From: Spirogloea muscicola
Taxonomy: Eukaryota
Reading direction: 5' to 3'
DNA: 64,000 nucleotides
Assembly: GCA_009602725.1 (NCBI GenBank)
Contig: WELB01000020.1
Location: forward strand, 371,116-435,115
Shown here: piece after piece, positions 29,381 to 40,746 of the stretch
Numbering within the stretch: position 1 is the first letter of the stretch
How the letters are laid out: each line of letters starts with the position of its first letter
Translations under genes and position numbers: made by a program
Notes under the pieces: generated by a model
Database searches by the model: none
What the model was told of the DNA's origin: nothing
What the model saw: the letters and a program-made list of their open reading frames with translations, nothing else

Positions 29381-32300
29381 ATGGCCTCCGCGACGCTCCT
29401 GGTCGCGGCGGCGCTCTTCGCGTGCCTCCTTGGCGACGCCGCCGCCGCCGCCTCCGTGGGCTCCTCGGGCGGCCCCCACCAGACCGCCACCGGGGACCCC
29501 GAGATCGACGTCAAGGACCCCGGCCTCTTCTACGTCTTCGGAGACGGCCAGGTGCGAGCCCGCCCGCGAACCAGCGCTGCCAGCTCCGCTCGAACTCGCG
29601 CCCCTCGCGATCAATGTCGAGATCCGGAGACTCGTTGCTGCGCTCGGCTCGTCAACCAGCTACCGGCCGACCGATAGAGGATCATTGCCGTCCAATAGCC
29701 CCATCTTATGCGCACGCAGAGTCCGTGATTCGACAAAAATGAATCTGACAATGCTGCTATTTGCAATCGAGCCGCAGATCATTGCGATCGATGCTGCCCA
29801 AGGTGTGGTGGCCAAGAACATCGCCACCTCCAACTTGACCTTCCCCAATTCGTGTGCCAACAACCAATACAAGTGAGTCGCTAGGCCAGACACAGCGTGT
29901 CCGTGATTGCCTTCTCTTGGAGCTCCAAGACAGGATGCAGAACCTGCATTCGATCCAGGCGTCAGGTAAGTACTTGGGGTTCGATTTCTGTGCACGGCAC
30001 TGCAATGCGGGCATGCGATCCTTCCTTATCCAAATGCATGCTGTGTCTGGCGTTCGCAGCGGAGTCTGGGGAGATCTGACAACGTCAGCCAGCAACACAA
30101 TCTTTGCGTCGGCAGACTATGCAACCGATGGGGCCGTCTTTGTGATTGACACCACACAGCAGACTGTGGCTGCCACCGTTGCCTTGCCCGGACTTCCGTT
30201 CCATCTGTACTATGTGGACTACCTGGTACTTGAACGCACCACCGGCAGCCATCCACAGAAGACTTCGTTCTTAGTCACTTTGAAAAGTAGTCTCTATCCG
30301 AGTATTTCTTGCTCTTGCAGAGGACTATTGTTGCCGCAGACTTAATGCCAATAGGAATGGTGGACAAAGGTCACAGGGTTGGTCTATGTAACGGGTCATT
30401 GACAATCAGAGACACATGCATTTTATGATTGCTGGCTGGGTCTCCTGGCAACCCCGCTGCAAAAAATCGGTTGGACTGTGCCATTGTGTCCAGAACACAT
30501 GCCTGTGAAGATTGAGAATGGGGTGTATGCGCTTGCTTGCCTGCTGGACTTGTAGACGCAAGACTAAGACCTGCATGTCCTTGGCAGCAACAAATCTGGT
30601 CCCACTCGGACACCGGCGGTGGATTTGATGTGATCAACGTGCAACCGCCGTACAATCTCGTCTCTGGCGCCGTCTTGAACGACACTGAGAAGCTTCCTGG
30701 ACATGGCAGCCTCCTCTTTGACATCCGTAAGCGCATCTACTACTTACACAACTGCCTTGCCTCTCTGGTGGCCTTTGCCTGCCGACGATTGCCTCAGCCT
30801 GATAGACTGCCTTGATGGGTCACTGCTTGCTTGTGCATCTTGCAAGGACCTTGCGCAAGGGGCAGATAGGCCTTCTCCAGCTCAAGAAGCTTAGAATGAA
30901 GCATGCTCACAGTACGTGCGCCTGCCAGCCTGACATAAGGGTGGCGTCTTTATTGTTCAGCATCGCAACCCAACATTGGCTATGTCACAGATGTTTTCCA
31001 ATCCGGAGTATACGAGCTCAATCTGCTGCAGGATGACACGGGTGCGGCAAACAACCGGGTCACGTTTGTGGATTTCTCCACTGTGACGGCTGTGCAAAAC
31101 ATGACGATTGTTTGCCCAGGTACTGAACTGCTACTTTCAATGCAGGTGCATCCAGCAATGATGAAGACGCACAAGACTGCAGAGCTTTCGTGTGCAGGAG
31201 ACTGAATGACATCCTTGTCTGTAGTAGGCAACCACTCCGATCTGACTGAGCGCTTGTGGTCAAATGGGAATAGTCAAAGGATCACTTGCATGTAAATGAC
31301 TGCATCTTGTCCCCTCGGCTACATTGTGTGCCCAGGTACGCACGACATCAGATACAGCCAGGTTGCAGGACGAGTGTTTGTTGCCTGCACATCAGAAGGC
31401 GTTTCAAACTACACTGGCCCTAACCCCGGAACGGTGGAGTTCAACCCCGACAACAACGTCATTACAAACTTTTACAATTTCTTGGTATGCTCTTCCGCCT
31501 GAAGTTGCATGCTATCCTTGCAGACTGTTACCAGCTGTATTGTTGCGGATGACGGTCCTCTAGGCTCGTCCATCCTCGCAACTCATCACTGGATGACTCT
31601 GCTGGCAGACATGTGTTGAGCCGTACCAGATAGTCCTCTTTGCATGCGTCTGTACAAATTGCGGCATCATTGCGGTACTTTCAAGGAGATGGCGACTGCC
31701 GGCAAGCACGAATACTGCAGATCTCAGCTGCAGCGCCTTGCCGTTGACTTCGTGCAAAGAGCTCACTATGCGATGCGAGCTCTGGCTGCAGGGAGAAAAT
31801 TTGTACATAACCCCAGACCAATCCTATCTACTGTCTGTGTCACCTGACGACAACGTCATTCACACGCTACATTTTACGGCGGGCTCTGTCTTCAACTATA
31901 TCCCAATAGCTGTGAATGGATCGCCCGACAGCGCAGCCTTCTACCCGACTACTTCCGCCACAGTACGTCTGTGGTCAATTTGCATATGTGACGTGCTCTG
32001 AACTCTGTCTTGCATTGTCTTGCACTGTTGTTGCTACTGCAGCACCTAGTTGCGACGAGTTGAAGCAAGGGTAGTGTACCGGGCTCTGTCATCGATACCA
32101 TGGACGTGGCTGACTATAAGAAAGGTAGCAAGAGTATCACTTACTTCCAATTGTGGTTCTTTTTTGAGCAGGGCAAATCCTCCTACATGGCATATGTCTC
32201 GCTTGTGAATGGACCGGGCATGGTTGCCATTGACCTAGCAGCTGTTTTCTCGTGCGGTGCAACATGCCCAGCAGGCACTCTGGCCAATTACATCACGGTC

Positions 32301-33103
32301 ATTCCAATGGGCCAGCAGGTGCAGCTTTGGCAGGCCATTTCCAGGCCAATACTCGTACAGCTAAACAAATTGATCCTCTCTCAGGGGTTTTGACATTCTT
32401 AGATCCTGCCACACAGGGTTGCAGGAGATGTCTCCTTGACAGCACTCATACTTGTCCACTTCAGTTTGCAGCACACAGTGCAGCTTTGGTCTTCAGCGGC
32501 CAGCGTGTCCATGCAATTGATCTTGTCTTTAGGCACCACTGGTGGTGCAGCTCAGGCTATACTATGTGAACCTTCCTGGACTCTTACAAGTTTGTTGTTG
32601 GTTGCAGAACCGGCTTGGCGCCAATGGTTACAACTCTCCAGGAGATGCAAATTACAACTCTATCAGTGAAGACAGGCCTCTCGCCGGTGGTGCTGTTGCC
32701 ATCTGCACCTTGGCTGCCTTCGAGAACAACGTTTACTGCTACAATGTGAACACAAAAGCAACGCAGAAATACTCCGTTCCAAACCCCCAGCTCATTGTGT
32801 ATGTTTCCCAACCTCAGGCTCGCGGCACGCAACCTATTCGTTAGTCCAAGCTTAGCCTGTGAAGTTGTCATGATTGCTTCTAGCTTGCTCATCCAACCGA
32901 TGGGTTGTGTTTACCTGCTGCTCAGGTTCACGCCTGGCCTGCTGAACGGCACTGACCCCGCAGCCGGCACGGTCAACACCACCTTCTCCTGTGATACCCT
33001 GAACGGAGGGGGCCCCTCGCCAAGTGGCGCTCATCCTAGTGTTCACGCAGCTGGGCTCCTTCTGAGCTTGTCCATTCTGGCTGTGATGTCCTGGTCGCTC
33101 TAA
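29381..33103 (+). CDS. Secreted, probably GPI-anchored, Cys-containing beta-propeller-like (YncE/YVTN-like) protein; multi-exon
   Basis: Signal peptide MASATLLVAAALFACLLGDAAAA. Blade-like segments IIAIDAAQGVVAKNI, AVFVIDTTQQTVAATVALPGLPFHLYY, LYITPDQSYLLSVSPDDNVIHTL and PDSAAFYP. C-terminus SPSG-AHPSVHAAGLLLSLSILAVMSWSL* is a small-residue site followed by a hydrophobic tail. Confidence 0.65.
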
Positions 33104-34504
33104 GCACCGGTGGACTGTAGACCAGGCCTTGCCGGTACGTCTGGAATCTCCATGTGTCTTTGGGCGCACCCCTGAGGCCTCCTCGTTGGAGGATGCATGT
33201 GTGGCCTATGGATGAAGTTGCTAAGCATGTCAGCACATGCGTAAGTGGACCATGGATGAGTGGGCAGCGAGTGCCTGCACATGATATGCCCACCACCTCG
33301 TTAGACTCTATTGCAAGTGAAGGAGACCAGCACAATGATCTCAGGGTTTCCATATAAGTATCTAACTGCACCTTGGACTATCGAGGGACGATGTATGATG
33401 GGTGGCCCGTCTATCTCACCCTGAATTGATGATACTCTATTATTCTGGAGCAATGAGGTCAGACTGTATGCAGGGACTGTATGCACGGGTCATTTTGTTG
33501 AAAAGGCCGACTGATTAACAACATGAGATAGTGTGGAGTTTTCGAGTATACATGAGTATTCTCAATTCATGAGAATATCGAAAACTTGCGGATTGCTTCC
33601 CCCAGCATACGCATATTGGAAAAAGGGGTCACTGAGCTCATCCTACTGAACCGCTTTCTATGTCGAATTGATCAGCAAGCCCACGGCTATGACATACATT
33701 CTCGCTCCTCAGCGTCGTAGATAGTTGCTGTTCGATTGCAGAATCCACTCGCCATCCAGGCGCACTTGCTTCCCGTGGCTGAGCTTTCCAGTGCTACGGC
33801 CGTCGCAACTCACTCGTTTGCAGCCGCCATGCATGTGTCCACGGTGCGGCAACTTTCAGGAAGCAGGCGGCCGAGTGTGCCCAGCAGATGCAGGGACAAA
33901 GCACACCTTGGTGTGGGAGTCGGCCCCGTCTTCACATGGTCACCGGTGTAAGGCCGTCGTGGCACGAGAAACGGCACCAGGCGGCCGCATATCGTTGGTC
34001 GAGAAGTGGACGGACACGGTGACGCGAAAAACTCGCGCCGTGTGAAGGCGACCCTCCCCCCGCGCCCCCGAACCTGAGCAGTCCCGCCCACGCACGTGCG
34101 CCGCCTGCCGCGTGGCACCTGCCGCCTGGAATACCGCGACCGGCGGAGCGGCGGTCCTCGCCACGTGGCGAAGTGGCGGCCGACGCGGCGCGGCGAGGAG
34201 GCACCAGCTGTCCCTCCAGGAGCCGGCACACGAGTCGCGCACGGGCTTCTCGAAGGGCCCACCCGGCTCCCTCTCCCTGCTCGCGGTAACGTCTACGTAG
34301 AGGCCCCTCGCTCGGGGGGCCGGCTCCCATGCTGCGCCCTCCCTCCTCGCCGGCCCTCCGACGTGGCGCCGCGTGGCGGGTGACATGGCGGCCCGGAGCG
34401 GCGCCAGCCTGCAGGCCGAGGAGGGAGAGGGGGTTGGGGGGGGGAGGGGAGGNNNNNNNNNNNNNNNNNNNNNNNNNNNNNNNNNNNNNNNNNNNNNNNN
34501 NNNN

Positions 34505-34725
<221 letters not shown>

Positions 34726-34908
34726 GGAGGGAGGCGGGCGGGCGGGGGGATAGAGAACCTCGAGGTACCCCACGCTGGTCTGGCCCAGTCGCTACTCCCA
34801 CCTGTAGTCACACAGCTGCCCAACACTTAGCACAGTACAGGTTTTATAGAAGCATCAGCACCACCTGCACCTCTTGTCGTGCCGACTGTAGGCTGCCGAG
34901 CCTGCGCC

Positions 34909-37900
34909 ATGGACGCGACAGCCATGATGGCCACTGCCGCCGCAGCGCCAGCCGCCTGGAGCCCCGCTGCTCTCCGCGGCAATGGCCGCCGAGCGGCCTC
35001 GTCGTCGGCGTCGCCCGCCATGACCGGCAGGAGGCTCGCCGCCAGCCGCCAGGCCGCCAGGCCCGCCAACGTGGGCTGCCGTCATTCCGGCGCCGCCCGC
35101 GCGGTGCAGGCGCCGGATAAGGAGGTGGGGGCTGACCGTCAGTGTTGCATTCATGTACCAAATTCCAGTGAAGGACTATTAGTCTCCTGTGATGCATCAA
35201 CTGGGTCTCGAGCCCATGGAGCGACAAATGGCCGCATGCAGATGAGGACTGTAGTCTGCTGTGATGCATTCAGTTGGACTAGAGCCCATGAAGCTCGTCG
35301 CGCTGCCCACCTGGGCTGGAGGATTGGAACTCCACCTCCTGACATGCTGCCGCCAGTGATGGCTGTCAGCTGGAGCTCCGCTTGCCTGACTTAACCACAA
35401 TGTACAACAATATCTGGCACATTACCGGCAATAAGTGCTGGCCATGGTCGGCCTCAGACATTGACCCTCTGCCGCTGTTCCCAACTTGACGGCAGGCGCA
35501 ATCGACCGGCAGGAGCATGGCAGCCCAGCGCCAGCAGGTGAAGGATGGAGAGATCGTCGGGCTGCGGCACACAGTATGGGACCAGCAGAACGTGAAGCCC
35601 ACGTACCCGCGCCTGGACAAGGACGAGAGCTGCGACGTGGTGGTGGTCGGTGGCGGCATCGCCGGCCTGAGCGTGGCATACCATCTGGCCAAGGCCGGCA
35701 AGTCGGTGGTCGTGCTCGAGTACCGTGCGATCGGCGCGGGGCAGACGGGCCGCACCACCGCCCACCTCATGCCGTGGAATGACGACTACTACTCGATCCT
35801 TGGGCAGCACTTTGGCGAGGACAAGGCCGCGCTCGTCGGCGACAGCCACCGCAAGTCCATTGACCGTGTGGAGCAGATTGTGAAGGAAGAGGGCATCAAC
35901 TGCAAGTTCCGGCGCATTGACGGCTACCTCTTTGCTCACAAGGACAGTGAGGATGTCCTCAAGACGCTCCGCTCGGTACACCATTCTCCCTCAGCCCTAT
36001 GAGTCTCACAGCAAGGCTGCTTAGTTCACATATACATATATCCACCATTATGTATGATCACATACATGTATGACTCATGTATCCCTCACAAATTCACCCA
36101 ATCTAGCGCTACATTATGCTGCAATATGTCCCACTTCACTTGTCAATAGCATGTGCTTAGGAAGTGGTGCTGAATCAAGTCTGTGTCATCCATAGCTGCC
36201 GATTCCTGTCAGCTTACATCATTGTCTTCGAGTCTGTGAGACTGATCACGCTGTATGCATCTGCATGTCTGTTTTTCTTAGTTGCTGGGCTTGTTAGACA
36301 ACTTCGGCGGGATCAGCTGTGCAGCTACAGTTGACCTGTTGGAGTGTCTGTGTCTTAGGAGTACGAGGCGAGCAAGAAGGCTGGGTTTGATGTCACATAC
36401 GAGGTGTTTGATGGCAAGGATGGCAAAATGGGCAGCATGAAGGATGCTGTCAGGTTCCCCGGCACCGGTGACTTCCACCCGCTCATGTGCGGAGCTCTCC
36501 TAACTATCTTCCCAAGCCAGTGTAGCGACACATTGTTGAGCCAGTTGGGTTTGCATGTGGACTAGTCGTGAGATTGTCTGTTGTTCTGAGGGTGATTCAG
36601 GTACCTAGAGGGCCTCGCTAAGGCAATCACCAAGTACGGCGGGCGCATCTACGAGCAGACCAAGGCGTACGAGCACGATGCGACCAGCGTGACAACCGAG
36701 GACGGGCGTAAAGTCACGGCCCAAGCGGTTGTACTGGCCACGAACGTGCCGATGAACCACAATCTGGGCATCCACGCACGGCAGCACATGAGCCGCTCCT
36801 ATGTCGTCGGCCTTAAGCTTGAGAAGGGCGCCGTCCCGTACGCGTCTCAACATTGCCTATAGCTGCTTTTGCCATTATCGATGCCGTGTGCGGCTGCAAG
36901 TGTCAGCAAAACCGCACCCGCGCCCCACATTACAGCTGGGTCTGTGTTGTTGTGGGTGTGGAGGGCCAGACCGCGGGCTGAGCATGTGGCTTCTGCTGGC
37001 TGCGCAGGGCAAAGAGCTGGTGGAGCACAAACACGCCATACGAGTATATTCGCACTGAGGAGAAGGACGATCACGACGTGCTGGTGATTGGTGGCGGCGA
37101 CCATCCGGTGGGGCAGAAGCCTGACGAATATGTCGACACATACAACGTGCTCGAGAAGTGGGCCAGGGCGCGCTGGCCAATGGCTGGCGAGCGCCTGTAT
37201 GCCTGGACCGGCATGGTGTGCCACCCGACCGACATGCTCGGCTTCTACGGCCTCAACCCCGTTGACCTGACTGGGGACAAGACGTACATTGCCACAGGTG
37301 CAGTGCTGCGGCCATCGTTGCTGTACTATCAACATGTAGGTCTTGTAAAACCCAGGACTCAGCTGTGAATGTTGCCGCTGGTCTCACTGGCGGCTCTGCA
37401 GGCGATAGTGGTGAGGGCATGACCGGCGGCACGATTGCGGGCATGGTCATCTCGGACCTCATCCTCGGCCGCCCGAACCCCTGGGCCGACCTGTACAGCC
37501 CCAGCCGGTTGCCCGGCCTCGGGATGATGACGGCAATGCAGCAGGCTGAGGTCGCCAACACGGTTGTCCAGGTGCGACCACTGACTCCTACTGCTGTCAC
37601 CACCTGCATTGCCGCTGCGCTTGTATGGACACCAAGGATGTTAGAGTTTGTGCTATCTCAGCAGTTACCTGCTGGAAGTAGCCTCACTGCAAGCGCTGCT
37701 TTGTGCTGCCGTTGCTGCTGTGTGTTGTAGGGATTCAAGGACAACCTGCCATTTTTGGGCAAGGACGGTGTGACGATAGAGGACATGCTCCCTGATACAG
37801 GAGCTGTAGTCCAGGATGGCCTCCAGTCGGTTGCCGTGTACAAGGACAAAACAGGGGTCGTCAGCCGGTACACAGGTGAGCTGACTGATTTCTTGTGTGT

Positions 37901-38145
37901 GGTTGTCGTCGCGCAGCAATACGAGACATGTTAGAAGTGGGTTGCATGGTTGCCAGTCACTGCAGTTGCCTGACCAAGCTGATGACCACCTTATGTACGC
38001 AGCGGTTTGCCCCCACCTTAAGTGCGTGGTGAAGTGGAACCCCAACGACAGCACCTTCGACTGTCCGTGCCACGGCTCGCTGTTTGACACTTGTGGCCGC
38101 TTGATCAATGGCCCAGCAAAAGCAGACCTTGCACCGCTTGACTAG
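34909..38145 (+). CDS. FAD-dependent oxidoreductase (DAO family) fused to a C-terminal Rieske [2Fe-2S] domain, YhfW-like; copy 1 with a transit-peptide-like first exon
   Basis: Exon 1 (34909-35124) is Ala/Arg/Ser-rich. Motifs DVVVVGGGIAG, GAGQTGRTTAHL, DFHPLM|YL, ATG|DSGEGMTGGTIAG and GRPNPWADLYSPSR. Rieske boxes CPHLKC and FDCPCHGS. TAG at 38143-38145. Confidence 0.9.
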
Positions 38146-39384
38146 GCACCTGCATAGCCACGTTGGTGCTGCATGATGAAGCGCGACAGAAGTATGCGCT
38201 ATTTGATGACCTTTGAGAGCACTCAAATTAGTGTATCTTGTTTATTGGCCACAATAGCTCGCCATGATCCTCTTAGATTTCTATCATAAGGCTCACACTT
38301 TGGTAACTTTGTTCAGTTGCGGTAGCACATTGGCTTGCACTGGAGGCGGAACATGCATAGCAGTAAATGAAAACAAACAATGCCTTGTGAAACTCAGTCC
38401 TTCTCCTTCGTCCTCCCACAACGTGCGCACAAAGTTGTGGGACAATGAAAATCACAATGATTTAGCCTGAGAATGTCGAACAAAATGTGATAATTCACCC
38501 TTTATATCTGATGGATTCTGCGTTGCAACGCAGTTACACTGCAGCAGGAATGGTTGCATGGCACCTGATTGTGGTAGCATTGAAGCCTGGAACGCCTTTG
38601 ACACTTATTAAGGTATTTTAAGATATGAGAAGTGCGACTCTTCCTGTAGTAGCAAGGATTGAGCATGCGCATTGGAAAGTAGAATATTAATGGCATGAAA
38701 TAGAATCACTAAGTAGCTGAGAGATTAAGGACAGGTATTTCACATATACTCGGTAGCTACAGTATGGTCCGTCTTTATACTGACTACAGGCTGAAATAAC
38801 AGAGTAGCCACTCTTTTTCCTCGTATGTACTGGCTCACCCTAGTTAGTGCCTCTTAATCAAGAAAATTTCCTTCCTACCCAGCGCCTCAGCCTTTCAAGC
38901 GGGCCGACTCCTTCTACACGCCTTGCTTCCTTTAGAAGAGAGTCACTTTCTTTCCGGTACTGCAATTTCAATCTGCAGCTGCTGACTAGATACTGATCTG
39001 GCACTTTCAGTGGTGTCTACGCTCTCCGGCACCGTTGTACCCCATTCCTTGATGGGCCTCTTGAGAGCCTCGTTCTCCTGTGCAGGCTTCTAGAGTCCTC
39101 GCCACTTTTGAGAGGAGTAGCTGTGATCTCGTGCATGGCTGTGTGGTTGCAGCACCTTTCGGCTCATGGCTCTTCGGACCTTGTCCACTCCTTTGGACCT
39201 TGTCCATTCCTTTGGACCGTGTCCATTCTTCCCAGCCACCTTCTCGAATTGGGCGAGCTGTCTGTTTCCGAGGAGCTGCATCTACTTCCTGAGCAGAAAC
39301 ACTTTTGCAGCCTTCTCAAGGGTTGATCCGCGGAGATCATGAGTGTAGGGCCGAGGGCTTTCACAGCTGACACTCACCAATCCA

Positions 39385-39620
39385 AATGACGGGGATAGTT
39401 TCCCGGCAGCTAGTCTGTCGGATTTGAGGCTCCTCACTCGTAACTACTGAGTGCTCCTTCCATCCTCCCCCGTTCTGACATAGCATCTTCAGGCCCCTCC
39501 GTAGCTGCTTAGCGCTTTTTAGGCCCCTCCATCATTTGGCCCCTTTCGAACTTTTGTCAATTCTTTTTCGGGCTGGCTTTTCACAGCCCTTGCCCCCCAT
39601 TGGGAGTGCCAATTTCTTCA
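39385..39620 (+). mobile_element. Short 3'-terminal copy of the same retroelement (ORF end plus tail)
   Basis: Reads FPAASLSDLRLLTRNY*, followed by a tail nearly identical to the reverse complement of 23700-23582 joined to 21956-21870. Confidence 0.8.
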
Positions 39621-39825
39621 AATGACGAGCAAGACGTTACCAAGGCAGGTTGGGTTCAAGCGGTTAGTCCTCCGGGCGACCACTTCAATAGCCGCAGATC
39701 CGTGGGCGGTCCAACTGGATGCCACGCTGGCGAACAGTCCCCAGATGTGGGGCACTTCAGCTGCTGACAGGTGGCGCACCACCGGCAAGTGGCGGCCGGC
39801 TCCGCCTGGCAGCCGCCCGAGCGCC

Positions 39826-39895
39826 GACGTGGCGAGGCCTGCCCGTCGTGGCGCCCACGTGGAGCCCGGCTGCCCGCGACGGGGAGCGCCACGTG
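39826..39895 (+). promoter_or_regulatory. G-box/ABRE cluster upstream of oxidoreductase copy 2
   Basis: gacgtggc at 39826, cacgtg at 39856 and cacgtg at 39890, all within 70 bp. Confidence 0.45.
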
Positions 39896-40746
39896 GAGGC
39901 CGCGGGGACGGCCCCGGCAGGCTCCCCCGGGGGGGCCGCTGCAGGCCAAGGTGCGGCCCCACCGCCCGCCCCCTCCCCCCGCGCGCTTCCCANCGCCCCG
40001 TCCACGACTGAGGGCCCGCCGCCATCGCTTGTAGCCCGCCGCCGCCTCCGTCGCCGCCGCCGCCGCTGCCGCCGCCGGCTCTGGGACCCCGCTGCAGCGG
40101 CCTTCGTCCGGCGCGGCCGCCGGCGGCACATGTGCGCACTGGCTTGACGAGGTCATTCCCGCCCACGTCCCCGCGGCAGCCCCTTGCTGGGGCTTAAGCC
40201 AGAGCCTGGTCGCATGTGCCTGCATGGCCTGCGGGGTGCGCTATCGGACGGCCGTCTGAATTGAGCCTCCCGATGCCCGCCGCTGTCAGTCGCCGCGAGC
40301 GCTTGCGAGTCCGGCGCGGCTGCGGGCGTGCCTGTGCTGTGTAAGCGTCTGCGCTCGCGCATGGGCAGTGCTCTGAGTGGGAGCTGCCGGGTAGTAGCCG
40401 GACTGCCCAATTGTGCATCTGCGCCGGGGTCCAGTGAGAAGTTGCGGGAAATCAGATGAGGAAGAGAATGTCATATATCAGACCTCTGTGACGGTCCACG
40501 TGCAGCGCCTCCGCTCACCCTCGCAAGCTGCTCAATAAAGCGCAATCCATTTGACTTGCCTCTCTGCAAGAGGCTAATTAGCCCAGGTTTCAGTGGCAGA
40601 CAAGGGATAAACTCAGACCGAAGACGAACCGCAATTCGACTGCCTGATTACTACTTCTGACTAAGACGCCAGACAACTGAGCTGTGGCAGCTTGCATGCG
40701 TTGTCCACCGCAGCTTGGTTCTAGGAGGCGCTTGTCGGCCAGTACA

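Noticed and set aside
33725..34430. Short ORFs on both strands before the gap at 34453
   Set aside because: No recognisable domain or consistent splice pattern. More consistent with GC-rich promoter sequence.
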